Shown here piece after piece: positions 35,128 through 45,398 of a stretch of DNA of 64,000 bases. The notes below the pieces were generated by a model. It was not told where the DNA came from. It did no database searches and saw nothing but the letters and a program-made list of their open reading frames with translations. Position 1 is the stretch's first letter; the number at the start of each line of letters is the position of its first letter. The position numbers were made by a program, and so were the translations under genes. The stretch is from an uncultured virus (IMG/VR IMGVR_UViG_3300031519_000014) (taxonomy: Duplodnaviria > Heunggongvirae > Uroviricota > Caudoviricetes): IMG/VR virus record IMGVR_UViG_3300031519_000014, one strand, 5' to 3'.

Positions 35128-35601
35128 TTATGATCCCAAGAACTCAGAGAAGTTCATTGCTCGGTATTTAGATTCAAATATACGTTCCATTGTATCAACG
35201 TATATTTCTTGCTCTTCTAGCGTTTCTGGATTATGGATATAGATTTTTATAGTATGATCTCTTCTATTAATTTCAACTTTAGTAAGTTTTCCAATAACAG
35301 TTCTACCATTATCTTTATTAAGTTGAGAATTAACTAGAATTCCACGAACTCTATCTCCAGGTTTATAGTATTGCTTTATGATATTTACATTGTAGTCAAA
35401 TTCACTAATGCCGGCGTCTCCGCCTTTATGTGACATATCGCTTAGTGGAAGTAGTTTAATGGAAATACCGGGAGTGAATTGACTTCTACCCATAACAAAG
35501 TTGAAATCACCCTTAGCTCCTCCCCACGGAAGTCCCCTTAGAGTATCACGATGTTGAAACGCACCCATTGCGCTTCCGTTATTTTCGTTAACTTTACTCA
35601 T
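35128..35601 (-). CDS. hypothetical virion-associated protein
   Basis: C-terminal IFES...AMNFSEFL motif. Confidence 0.7.
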   Translation of the reverse strand: MSKVNENNGSAMGAFQHRDTLRGLPWGGAKGDFNFVMGRSQFTPGISIKLLPLSDMSHKGGDAGISEFDYNVNIIKQYYKPGDRVRGILVNSQLNKDNGRTVIGKLTKVEINRRDHTIKIYIHNPETLEEQEIYVDTMERIFESKYRAMNFSEFLGS

Positions 35602-35602
35602 T

Positions 35603-36037
35603 TTATCCGATTCCTAATGGCTGTTGATTAGTTCTATGTCCCATTATTGAATAAGTTCCTCCAGCTGCTACCGGAGTTCCTGCTAAATCACTAGCAAATT
35701 CAAATTTCCAAAGAATAAGATCTAATGTTACTCCATCTAGATATGATACTGGATATACTACAGCTGATGCGTCAGTGTTATGTATCGCCCATACTTTAAT
35801 GTGAGTTGCACTTAGGTTACTAAGATCTGCAAATTCTATTTTATAGATTGCTCCTACCGTATTACCAATTCTATCACTTTCTAAAGGTCCACCTACTTGA
35901 AGATACTTCATTGTAGTAAGAGTAGGATCTTTCACTCTCTTATCGGTTACAATATAAACAGGTTTATACGATAATTCTGGACTTGCAGAATCTGCGTTGT
36001 GTAATGCTATGATTTCTGTTGCGCTACTGTTATGCAT
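35603..36037 (-). CDS. hypothetical structural protein
   Basis: Packed late operon. Confidence 0.7.
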   Translation of the reverse strand: MHNSSATEIIALHNADSASPELSYKPVYIVTDKRVKDPTLTTMKYLQVGGPLESDRIGNTVGAIYKIEFADLSNLSATHIKVWAIHNTDASAVVYPVSYLDGVTLDLILWKFEFASDLAGTPVAAGGTYSIMGHRTNQQPLGIG

Positions 36038-36049
36038 GTTTGTTAAAAA

Positions 36050-36586
36050 TTATTTTACTTTTCCATGGATAATTAATCCCGAAACTTTAACATTAAACAA
36101 TGAGTTTGGGTTAACTATCTTTATTCTATTTATTAGATCAGTTGGGTCATTTGATTTAGGATTAGTAAACATCGCAAATAAATTATACAAATTGTATTTT
36201 TTATACGTCAATGTTTCAGCATCTTCTATCCAAAGCTCGACTGATTTGTCAACTATATCAATCTCTTCTCCGTTATCATCGTTTACTGGATATGTAACTT
36301 TAAGGAGAATTCCTCTCACATATATTTTATTCTGAGTAAGATCAGTAACGGGAGATCCTATCGTTAATATTTCATTATCGAATAGTGTAATTTCTCCGCC
36401 TGCCATCTCAGCAGATAATGAAATACATTGTTCTCCGTCAACAGGAAACGCAAAATCGCCTAAGCAGAATTCGGCTCCGGTATCTACTCCAGATATTACT
36501 TTAAAGCACTTATCGTCGAATAATTGTAATATGTCCTGTGATGAAGATGAATCGTCGCATATTTCATTAAGTTTTGCTATCGCCAT
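36050..36586 (-). CDS. hypothetical structural protein
   Basis: Packed late operon. Confidence 0.7.
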   Translation of the reverse strand: MAIAKLNEICDDSSSSQDILQLFDDKCFKVISGVDTGAEFCLGDFAFPVDGEQCISLSAEMAGGEITLFDNEILTIGSPVTDLTQNKIYVRGILLKVTYPVNDDNGEEIDIVDKSVELWIEDAETLTYKKYNLYNLFAMFTNPKSNDPTDLINRIKIVNPNSLFNVKVSGLIIHGKVK

Positions 36587-37409
36587 TATCGTTGGTGTTA
36601 TTTTTATACATTTGACCCGTGTTAGGATTTATTCCTTTTTTAATTAAGCTAAGGGTTGCCTCATTTCCTTTATTGGGTCTAATTTTGCCTACTGGAAGTC
36701 CAGTTCCGCTTGCGGTTAATCCGCTCGGTGTATTTTTATTAGGAGATACTTTTTGCTCCTCTTTATATTCTTCAATAAATTCCTTTATTGCTTCTGATTC
36801 AATATCATTGGATACTTCCTTGTCCACTATTTCTTGAATTTCGATATCTTCTAAGTCATTTACCATATTGTTCATTACTTGATCTAATGCATGTTCTTCA
36901 TCGAATTCTTTTTCAATTGTTTTAACTATTGGATCCTCATCTTCTGGAATATCATTCCTTGAATCGTTAAATTTAATATAGAAGTGAAGTGCAGTTAATG
37001 ACATAAGAGGTAAAGTTCCTCCTTGAATAGTTGCTAGAAATCTCCTATGATCTAATACATCCCAATCCATGAATATCGGTTCAATAAGCTGCACCCAGGA
37101 TACAAAGCCTTCGCCTACGGGATTAATATCTTTAAACTCATAGAATATGTTACCAATTACTTGAATTGCTGTAACTAACCCGAATAAGAACCATATTGAT
37201 CCCCTACTCATTTTAATTGAGGCGGCGGATACTGAAGCTACTGCAAATATCTCAATTGCAACTGATAAGTAAATAGCCCATGATCTAGGGTTACCTAAAT
37301 CATACCAACTTACAACGTGACTAATTGACATGATTACCACCAATAAAATTGGAAGTAAGAACGAGTTACGAACTATTGCATCTCTATTGTTTTTAAACCA
37401 GGTAGCCAT
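36567..37409 (-). CDS. four-TM membrane protein
   Basis: Hydrophobic N-terminal half (SISHV, AIYLSVAIE, QVIGNIF); acidic tail. Confidence 0.75.
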   Translation of the reverse strand: MATWFKNNRDAIVRNSFLLPILLVVIMSISHVVSWYDLGNPRSWAIYLSVAIEIFAVASVSAASIKMSRGSIWFLFGLVTAIQVIGNIFYEFKDINPVGEGFVSWVQLIEPIFMDWDVLDHRRFLATIQGGTLPLMSLTALHFYIKFNDSRNDIPEDEDPIVKTIEKEFDEEHALDQVMNNMVNDLEDIEIQEIVDKEVSNDIESEAIKEFIEEYKEEQKVSPNKNTPSGLTASGTGLPVGKIRPNKGNEATLSLIKKGINPNTGQMYKNNTNDNGDSKT

Positions 37410-37410
37410 C

Positions 37411-37731
37411 TTATTTCTGTAGATCCTTTATTTTATCCTTAATCAGTGTATGAAATCCCATTAACTGATGTGTTCTATCTACTCTAGAAATAGTATCGTC
37501 AAGTGATAAGTATATTGATAATTTTTCAATTCTAGCTATTTCCGGTATAGAATCTAATCTGGCGTCTTTTATTTTGATTGTAGTATTTAAACTGTCGATC
37601 ATTTCGACATTTGATATATTTACTTTCTCGAGTCTATTAATACTTCGTGATTTTCCACATGATCTGAGGAAAACAATAACAAGGAGTCCCGCTATTATGT
37701 AAACTAAGTACTTTTTTATAAAGTCTAACAT
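37411..37731 (-). CDS. membrane-anchored coiled-coil protein
   Basis: TM ending LRSCG; late box at 37752. Confidence 0.7.
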   Translation of the reverse strand: MLDFIKKYLVYIIAGLLVIVFLRSCGKSRSINRLEKVNISNVEMIDSLNTTIKIKDARLDSIPEIARIEKLSIYLSLDDTISRVDRTHQLMGFHTLIKDKIKDLQK

Positions 37732-37764
37732 CTCTAATGTATATATTTTTATTATTTATTCTTT

Positions 37765-38244
37765 TTATGCGGATACAAGACCTAATATCGTAGTATAAAC
37801 TCCTATTCCTGCTATCGTTGAAGTTATAAGTGAGTATACAATGTCGTATATGAATTTAGATTTATTGTATTTTCTAAAATCATAACTTATCTTAACAACG
37901 TATCCATAAAATTCGGTAGTTGCCACGCGTTCATATTGGGCCTCAACAACATCAAGAATTAATTCCTCTTGTAAAAAATTAGTATACTTCTTCATTTTTT
38001 CTGATATGAATTTAAGCTCAACTGATTCTTGTGAATCTTCAGTATACATTAACAGTTCTGGATTTAAATTAATACCTATGAACATGTTGTCCTTCTCTTT
38101 TTTAATTCCTATTGATACTAGCTTACCGTCCTCTTGGAGTTCAATAAGCACTCGCTTATATCTATTAAAATGATTAAATTCAACAAGTGTTTCCTTTAAT
38201 GATTTATATATTAGCTGCGGGTATATATAATCTTTTATTTTCAT
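37765..38244 (-). CDS. hypothetical protein with C-terminal TM
   Basis: 4-nt overlap with the ECF sigma gene. Confidence 0.7.
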   Translation of the reverse strand: MKIKDYIYPQLIYKSLKETLVEFNHFNRYKRVLIELQEDGKLVSIGIKKEKDNMFIGINLNPELLMYTEDSQESVELKFISEKMKKYTNFLQEELILDVVEAQYERVATTEFYGYVVKISYDFRKYNKSKFIYDIVYSLITSTIAGIGVYTTILGLVSA

Positions 38245-38885
38245 ATGTCAAATACGTGGTTTAATGTTTCTCTAAACTCTGGATTTTTTTCTAATACTCT
38301 TTCTTTGATGTCTGCTCTAATCTTTCTAAGTTTAGTTTTTACAGTGTTTTCATTTATTGAATATCTATCTGCAATACATTTGACCTTATCTTTCTTGATC
38401 ATTTTATCTATTGCGATGCTCTGTAGTAAAGTATCATCTATGTGACGGATCTCATCTATAGTCATATCGTGCATTTTTTTAAATTCTAATTCAAAATCCT
38501 CGAATGTTTCAAATTCTGGAGATTCCCCATGAGTTGATGCATATTCTCCTTCGACTCCGTCATATGCATACATTTTATTTCTTTTTTTCATATGTAGATA
38601 ATATAATGTCTCATTTCTAGCTATTGTATATATCCAAGTGGTAAATCTACCTTTGTCAAAATCAAACAGCGGGATATTATTAAATATCTTCTTTAGTGTC
38701 CATTGTAATGCTTCGTCAGTATCGTCATTATTCTTACAAAACTTCCAAACGTGATACCTAAGTTTAGGATAAATTAGAGTAGCTAATTCGTTTCTTTCAC
38801 GCTCTGTAATTATGTCGTCTTTAAATTTTAGTGATATTTCCTGAATTCTGTCATTAATAATCCTGTTTGTTTTCTCAAATCCCAT
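38241..38885 (-). CDS. ECF-like sigma-70 factor
   Basis: Region 2 D..DEALQ...FDFDKGRFTTWIYTIARN; region 4 IADRYSINENTVKTKLRKIR. Confidence 0.85.
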   Translation of the reverse strand: MGFEKTNRIINDRIQEISLKFKDDIITERERNELATLIYPKLRYHVWKFCKNNDDTDEALQWTLKKIFNNIPLFDFDKGRFTTWIYTIARNETLYYLHMKKRNKMYAYDGVEGEYASTHGESPEFETFEDFELEFKKMHDMTIDEIRHIDDTLLQSIAIDKMIKKDKVKCIADRYSINENTVKTKLRKIRADIKERVLEKNPEFRETLNHVFDI

Positions 38886-39195
38886 ATAATTTTACTTGTT
38901 TTTTTCGTTCATCAATTGCACTTATAATATCCACACACGACTGGCATTTTTCGTATTCCTCTAGTGATTCAAAGAAATCTATACATCTTCCAAGACTAGA
39001 TACAAACTTATCACGAGTTAGATTAATTGAGTAGTCCTTTGACCCGGTAGTTATTTTTACCACATTAATTTCATCTATTTCATGTAAAGAATAATTTTCT
39101 TTTATAGATTTTAATACACTATCATATATCTCCATCTTATGATCTTTGAAGATTTGATCGACCGTTACATCTCCACTAAATTGTAATTTCCTCAT
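38875..39195 (-). CDS. hypothetical protein with UVR-like EEYEKC helix
   Basis: FFESLEEYEKC motif. Confidence 0.7.
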   Translation of the reverse strand: MRKLQFSGDVTVDQIFKDHKMEIYDSVLKSIKENYSLHEIDEINVVKITTGSKDYSINLTRDKFVSSLGRCIDFFESLEEYEKCQSCVDIISAIDERKKQVKLYGI

Positions 39196-39247
39196 AATTA
39201 GAATATTTGTTGCAATATACTTGCAAGTATATTATACCACAATGAAA

Positions 39248-41233
39248 TTAAGATTTAAAAAATTTATTTTGTAATTTTTGAATATGTTCAATTGTTTCAG
39301 TATTGAACACGTCATCTTTGACGTCGGACGGTTTTCTAGTTTCATGCCCACTATTGATTCCGTTCATTTCTCGAATAGAATCGTAATTCCAAGACGATCT
39401 ACTTTTACCTGTTCTATGGATATTTAGTATTTGTTCCTCTAGTTCTTTAACGTACTCTTTGTCCTTACGTTCAAACGTCTCTATTGCAATATCCCAAAAC
39501 TGAGATGATTCAAATAATGCTGACATATTAACTGAGGTCATAGCTAAATCATCATTTCCATTTTGACCTCTATACACTCCACCCTTAGATCTACCAAATG
39601 ATTGTAGTTCAGTAATCGTATATTCGTCGTTTGGAATAATTCTGTTGATTGTAACTAAATATTTAAACTTCTCACAATATTTAATTTTATTAGAAGGACC
39701 TAGTCTTATTCCAGGTTTAAATTTAACTGCAGCTTGTGTATGCTTAGTATGAATCATTTGACCTTGCCAGTACATATCATTTTGTTTAAATTGATCTAAT
39801 ATGATATCTCCCTTGTGATTAAGTTCAAGAACTATCCTAGTTTGATCTGATTTAAATATATTGTATATTATATGTTCACACGCTAACGAAAATTCTCCAA
39901 TGTCTAATTCATTAGATCTAAGATATCCAACTTGAACTAAAGATATCGCATCTATTTCGTTCTTAACAATTTCTTTCTTTTTAAGAAGTTCCTTGATTGG
40001 CATACTTACAACTTTGTAGATATTTAGAACAGAGTAATCTCCACCTATTCCGTCTGCGGTATCAATACTAAATACATAATTTGATTCGTCAGATTTAAAA
40101 TCATCAACACTGCGATTCACATAGTTTTTATGGAAGTATAAATATTCATTCATATAATGTAGATCTTCTTCTAACACTAGATTCATTTGACAATATTCTC
40201 GTTTAATTAATTCTAATCTCTTAAGATCTCTAGAGTTTAATAATAACTTGTCAGATGAGAAGAACTGTAAACCATATTCTTGATTGAAATCCTCTACTGA
40301 ACCTAAATCTGCAATAACTTCTTTCTTCCATTCATCTCCTCTTCCTGCAACTTGCCACCAGTCCACTCTTAGTGGAACGTATCTTGAATCCCCGTCAATT
40401 GCAGCTTTCCATATCTCCCAAAATTTATTCTTACCGTTTGGTGTAGACGTTAATATAATCTTACCATTTGGATCGGCAGTTACAGTAGGGAAAATTGCTC
40501 TATAAAAATCGTTTAGGTTAGCTTCTCCAATGTGGGCAAATTCATCTACATATAATAAGTTTACAGTAAGGCCAATACCTGATTTCTTAGTGGTTGTTCG
40601 ACCAACTAATCTACTGTTTGAATCAAATTTTACATTACTTGCGTTTATAACACTAATTCCAGGCTTCATAAAGAACGGAATTCCCTCGAGTGATATTTTA
40701 AATTTATCAATAAGTTCTTTAGTTGTTGTGAAGTTATCCGCAACACAAAGTGCCGTTTTTTCTGGATGAAATATTAAGAACCATAGAATATATAAAGCAG
40801 ATGTGACGGTCTTACCTGTTTGTCGACTTGCCATTAGGATATTTAGATTGTTAGAATTAAATGTATTTAATATTTGTTCTTGAAAATCTCGCAATCCTCC
40901 TATGTCCTTAACTAGTTTACGACCATCGTGTGTCTGAATAATACAATAGTTAATTACAAAATATAGTAGACTGTTCTTACATTTAGAAAGTTCATCTATT
41001 TCTTCAGGTGTATATTCAAATGGTAATTTCTCTCTTTTAAGATTTAAATCATTATCTTTGAATGGTGAATTCTTAAGTTTTCTAATATCTTCGTTACCGT
41101 TATTAATATCACTTACTAATTTATTAATCTTTTCAGTTGTCCATATGTAACTATTTCCTCCGCTAGAATCTCCCCCTAATCCCGAAACCTTTATTGAAGA
41201 GAACCCACCACTATTTGACATTATATCCTTCAT
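39248..41233 (-). CDS. terL: terminase large subunit (T4 gp17-like)
   Basis: Walker A SRQTGKT, Walker B LLYVDEFAH, coupling motif TSTPNG, FNQEY, nuclease IDTADG and DDLAM. Confidence 0.95.
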   Translation of the reverse strand: MKDIMSNSGGFSSIKVSGLGGDSSGGNSYIWTTEKINKLVSDINNGNEDIRKLKNSPFKDNDLNLKREKLPFEYTPEEIDELSKCKNSLLYFVINYCIIQTHDGRKLVKDIGGLRDFQEQILNTFNSNNLNILMASRQTGKTVTSALYILWFLIFHPEKTALCVADNFTTTKELIDKFKISLEGIPFFMKPGISVINASNVKFDSNSRLVGRTTTKKSGIGLTVNLLYVDEFAHIGEANLNDFYRAIFPTVTADPNGKIILTSTPNGKNKFWEIWKAAIDGDSRYVPLRVDWWQVAGRGDEWKKEVIADLGSVEDFNQEYGLQFFSSDKLLLNSRDLKRLELIKREYCQMNLVLEEDLHYMNEYLYFHKNYVNRSVDDFKSDESNYVFSIDTADGIGGDYSVLNIYKVVSMPIKELLKKKEIVKNEIDAISLVQVGYLRSNELDIGEFSLACEHIIYNIFKSDQTRIVLELNHKGDIILDQFKQNDMYWQGQMIHTKHTQAAVKFKPGIRLGPSNKIKYCEKFKYLVTINRIIPNDEYTITELQSFGRSKGGVYRGQNGNDDLAMTSVNMSALFESSQFWDIAIETFERKDKEYVKELEEQILNIHRTGKSRSSWNYDSIREMNGINSGHETRKPSDVKDDVFNTETIEHIQKLQNKFFKS

Positions 41234-41237
41234 AGCG

Positions 41238-41972
41238 TTAAATTATTTCATCTAAGTCTATAAAATCGGTATCCTTATCTTCTTCAAATGTAATATCTTC
41301 GTCAACATTCTTCATTAATTCAAGTTTATTACGTGGATCAATTAGATTGTCTTTATATTCATTTAGTTCAGATTCAGTTACCTCTCTTGCTGTTAGATTA
41401 TCCATTATATTTTTAGTTCCAACTGATATAAAGAATTGACCTTCTGTTGGTTTAGAATCGACAATTACATGATCAGAGTTGGCAGGCGCATCATTATTTA
41501 ATTTCTTATAAGTATCCTCAAGGAATAAAACGTAGTTAGCCTGCATCTTCGTAATGTTAGCCATTTTATCTTGAAGTTGTCCCATAACCTCTAATAATCT
41601 AGGATGGGTATTTCCAGATGCTATTTCTTCCATGACCTTCATGATAGTTATCTTTAATGTTCTTAATTGAAAGAATAAATTTGATATATTAATAGTATCT
41701 AGCTCCTTCTTATGACGAGCGTAATCATTTTTCTCGAATATTCCTATGTCTACGAAGTTCTTAAATAGTGAATCAGTAATTTCCTTTGCTTTTACTGTGT
41801 ATTCATTACTCATTGCCTCAAAGTCGTATGGACTAGGTGCTCGTGTTTCTTCTGCTAGATCATTATCTATTAAAAGATCTGTGTTATCCTCAGAGCTTAT
41901 CGTGCTTAATAGAGATTCAATCTCATTCTTGAGTATACTTCTATTGTCTTTATTAATTTTACCGTCTGACAT
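41238..41972 (-). CDS. helical protein upstream of terL (terminase small subunit candidate)
   Basis: Position and HPRLLEV helical motif. Confidence 0.5.
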   Translation of the reverse strand: MSDGKINKDNRSILKNEIESLLSTISSEDNTDLLIDNDLAEETRAPSPYDFEAMSNEYTVKAKEITDSLFKNFVDIGIFEKNDYARHKKELDTINISNLFFQLRTLKITIMKVMEEIASGNTHPRLLEVMGQLQDKMANITKMQANYVLFLEDTYKKLNNDAPANSDHVIVDSKPTEGQFFISVGTKNIMDNLTAREVTESELNEYKDNLIDPRNKLELMKNVDEDITFEEDKDTDFIDLDEII

Positions 41973-42260
41973 TTAGTTGAGTTTATTTTCATACTTGTCG
42001 ACTGCAGGGTTTGCGAATATTTTGATTTGCTTAACTGATTCCACCCAGTTATATACAATGTCGTTTACGGTTTTAATTAACCGGTTTAATGGTTCGTTAA
42101 CATCAAACATTTGACCCGACATAGTATTCTTCATAATATTATCCTTGTAGTCATAGCCACGATGTAACCTCTTTTCTCTTCTCTCATAGATTTTTCTGTA
42201 TATACTATCTTTAACCATATTTGTTAGTTTATTTAATGCTCGGCCTTGGAACAATATCAC
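41973..42260 (-). CDS. hypothetical protein
   Basis: Packed between the baseplate and terminase genes; start may be the internal MVKD. Confidence 0.6.
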   Translation of the reverse strand: MILFQGRALNKLTNMVKDSIYRKIYERREKRLHRGYDYKDNIMKNTMSGQMFDVNEPLNRLIKTVNDIVYNWVESVKQIKIFANPAVDKYENKLN

Positions 42261-43896
42261 TAATTTTTATATTAATAGCTCCTAGAAATTCATCTGATAT
42301 TCCTTCAGAATATTCATTTCCATGCCTATCAGTAAAACCTCCTCTTATTATTGGAAGTTCATTATCAACAATTATTATATCGTTGAATTCATCAAGTCCA
42401 ACTAATTCTGCTTCTGAATTAAACTTCTTCGATGTTTCGTTATCTTCTCCGACCACGGTTACTGCTACTGAATCAACTCCTTTTATTTCTTCAAGTAGTT
42501 TAATTAAATCACTCTTAGGAATTCGTTTTCGCCGAGTGTTGATAATAAAATAGTTTCCTAAATCAGCATGTATATCGTTCTTAATTAATTCAGGTGGAAC
42601 ATCGTCAAATACAATAACTGTTAAATTAATAACATATCTAGTTATGTTTGGATCAATTAATTTAGTATCAGTTCCAATTAACTTACTTCCTGATTTCTCT
42701 AAGTATTTTAAAAGTTCGCTTTTTTGATAAGTAGTTAATTTAAATCTATCTAAATCCGCTCCAAAATAATCTTGAGATTTACTAAAAGTCTTTCTAATAT
42801 CTGGAACTACAAATATATTTAACATTCGTCTATCTAGCTCGTCTAAATAAACATCGATCAATGAAAATAAGTTTAATTTTCTTAGGGCTATTTCATAATG
42901 ATCTACATTAACTAGCGCGAAACTCTTAGATGTTCTAGGAGCAATTATTCGCGTTAATTCTGAATTCTCTGGATTAGCTCCAAAGTAAGGAGACTGAGTG
43001 GTTGTTATATTAATATAATCATTAAGTTCTATTTCTTCTCCTAGTATTGAGAATCCAGTATCTTCAAATTTATATTTAACACTCTCTGGGTCATTTGTCT
43101 TAATGTTTCCTCTTGGTCCTTCGTTAACTAAATATTCTACAATAATTTCTGCACCATTAGGTGGAACTAATCCAAATGATTGATTTCCGAAATATATGTC
43201 AAGTCCACTAGTTATTCCAGTTCTAGCAATAAACGACTTTTCTCTTCTTGGCATATCGATCATAGAATCATATCTTTTCCATTTTTCTCCATTAACATAT
43301 ACATTCACAAAAAATTGGTCGATGAAGAAGTTCTGAGGACTCCCTATTGAGAAACTTTCAAGGTTTTTACCTTTTGAAGTTACAATCTGCGTCTCGAGAA
43401 TTCCCTGTCTTACATTTAGTTTAATTCCATCATCTTTTCCGTTTAATGAGAACTTAATCTCGTCTTGTGGAAGATCTAAAATGTATGTTAAGTTATTATT
43501 CTCACATGTTAACCTAGACATATTTGGTAAAATTACTAGATCAACCGGAAATTCCTCTGCGTCATAATTAATTCCTAATGAAATTTCTCCACTGGCTGAC
43601 ATTGCTCTACTTGGATTATGACCGGCAATTGAGGCTAATGAATATATTGAAGTTAGTCTAGTTGCCTCATTCATATTCAATTCAGTTATTGCATCTTCAA
43701 TATAATAAAATACCAGCTGTGTAAGATTTTCTGTCACAATTAGTATTTGACCAAATGGAGACGCAGCTGTAAATACGGATTTACTCTGATTGAACTTCGA
43801 AGACAGGTACTTGATTGAATCTATTAATATATCTTCAACTGTTGCCTTTAACGTATTCAATATTTGATATTCTCCTAGTTTAGTGTTAGCTGCCAT
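42229..43896 (-). CDS. baseplate wedge protein (T4 gp6-like)
   Basis: SIYSLA...GHNP.R, IYFGN..FG.VP..G..I.VEYL, ALVN..HYE motifs. Confidence 0.8.
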   Translation of the reverse strand: MAANTKLGEYQILNTLKATVEDILIDSIKYLSSKFNQSKSVFTAASPFGQILIVTENLTQLVFYYIEDAITELNMNEATRLTSIYSLASIAGHNPSRAMSASGEISLGINYDAEEFPVDLVILPNMSRLTCENNNLTYILDLPQDEIKFSLNGKDDGIKLNVRQGILETQIVTSKGKNLESFSIGSPQNFFIDQFFVNVYVNGEKWKRYDSMIDMPRREKSFIARTGITSGLDIYFGNQSFGLVPPNGAEIIVEYLVNEGPRGNIKTNDPESVKYKFEDTGFSILGEEIELNDYINITTTQSPYFGANPENSELTRIIAPRTSKSFALVNVDHYEIALRKLNLFSLIDVYLDELDRRMLNIFVVPDIRKTFSKSQDYFGADLDRFKLTTYQKSELLKYLEKSGSKLIGTDTKLIDPNITRYVINLTVIVFDDVPPELIKNDIHADLGNYFIINTRRKRIPKSDLIKLLEEIKGVDSVAVTVVGEDNETSKKFNSEAELVGLDEFNDIIIVDNELPIIRGGFTDRHGNEYSEGISDEFLGAINIKISDIVPRPSIK

Positions 43897-43983
43897 TAAA
43901 TTAATCTATTTGTATTATTTATACTGCAAATATGCCGTTTCGATTAGTTACAGTTTAATTAGCTAGTATATGCTAATAAATAA

Positions 43984-45330
43984 ATGAAAGTATTGAATAT
44001 TAATATGTACAAGGAGTTAGACAAATCTAAAGTTTACGAGAATTCAAGTTTATCATTTATATTCGAATTTAAGTCCCCAGTTAGGAGACGAGACCTTGCT
44101 TCAAAATTATCTAAGAATTTAGGTAAGAAAGTTCAATGGTTTAAAGGAGTAAATGAAAGCTTCAATCCTACAAATGACACATTTAAACTTTCCAATAAAT
44201 ATAACGCAAATACTAAATCTTTTGTTTTTGAAACCGGATTCATGCAATATCAAGATGCTATACATACGATGTTGAAGACTATGAACATCGTGGATCACTT
44301 CGGGCACACTGACGATCGTTGCGAAGTTAAAGTGAATGTGTCTATGCATGAGAAACATATAGAATCTGGTGTACATATTTCAAAGCTTAATAAATTTAAA
44401 TATCTTATTGGTTTGAACGAAGAAAGCATTTTAAATGATTGGAATACAGAATCCACCGATAGGCATAAAATTAATCAAAATCAATACTTCTATGTCCACG
44501 CAAAAGATCCTTACAATACCATTATATCATCTTCACTTGTTGAGCGAATGGATCCTCATGTATTCAATTTCCCTAAATCCGACTTCTTTGGTCATGATTT
44601 CTCTCATTTAGATGAGGGATATTTAACTATCAACTATATTGGCGGAAAAGACTACCAAAAGAGAAAAACCGAAGCGGTATCAACCATTAATTCAGTGATT
44701 GATAGATTATATGAAACATTATCAAGTAATTATCAATATAGAACCGATGAGAAAAGAAAGATTGAGAAGATAGTGGAAGAATATAAAACTGTCGTTAAGG
44801 CAACTAAGAACTTTGATACACTTAGATCTAATTATCCTAATCTTCATATAACATATGATTTATATGGATATGATTATATTATAGAATCTAATTACCAACG
44901 ATTTAGAGAAAAGATATTTGAACTTTTAGTATTCGGAGGAGTTGAAGTTGCAGATATTAATTTTGATAACGAACGACAAATGATTCAAGTAAAAGACGCT
45001 AAGATTAATAAGAATGTAATAATGGAAGATTTTGAATTCTACAATTGCATAGTTGAGGCCGACGCTAAAAATTGCTTATTTAGTAATTGCACAATAAAGA
45101 ACTCAAAATTAGAAGAATGTGATATTATCACAAATAACTACATAAAGAACTCAAAAATTATAGAATGTAGGTACCAAGGATCAGGCAACGAAATAACAAA
45201 TAGTTATCTTGATAATGATCATAAAAACATGATAGATGCATCACTTAAAAATTGTCTTGTAAGTAATGGCAGTTTCAGGATTTCATCAGAAATAGACAAA
45301 GACACCGTTATCCTTAGTAAAAACACATAA
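43984..45330 (+). CDS. amidoligase (COOH-NH2 ligase)-like protein with C-terminal beta-helix, apparently degenerate
   Basis: FIFEF, FETG, TDDRCEVKVNVS, YLTINYIGGKDY; repeated IKNSK.. beta-helix turns. Confidence 0.5.
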   Translation: MKVLNINMYKELDKSKVYENSSLSFIFEFKSPVRRRDLASKLSKNLGKKVQWFKGVNESFNPTNDTFKLSNKYNANTKSFVFETGFMQYQDAIHTMLKTMNIVDHFGHTDDRCEVKVNVSMHEKHIESGVHISKLNKFKYLIGLNEESILNDWNTESTDRHKINQNQYFYVHAKDPYNTIISSSLVERMDPHVFNFPKSDFFGHDFSHLDEGYLTINYIGGKDYQKRKTEAVSTINSVIDRLYETLSSNYQYRTDEKRKIEKIVEEYKTVVKATKNFDTLRSNYPNLHITYDLYGYDYIIESNYQRFREKIFELLVFGGVEVADINFDNERQMIQVKDAKINKNVIMEDFEFYNCIVEADAKNCLFSNCTIKNSKLEECDIITNNYIKNSKIIECRYQGSGNEITNSYLDNDHKNMIDASLKNCLVSNGSFRISSEIDKDTVILSKNT

Positions 45331-45398
45331 TGGATCATCCGTCATCGATATCTTTGGCTGTAATCCTAAATAAATAAAATAAAATATAGGATAACTAG

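Noticed and set aside
39248..41233. Intein or intron in terL (also checked in the ligase)
   Set aside because: Motif spacing is continuous and no splice-junction motifs were seen
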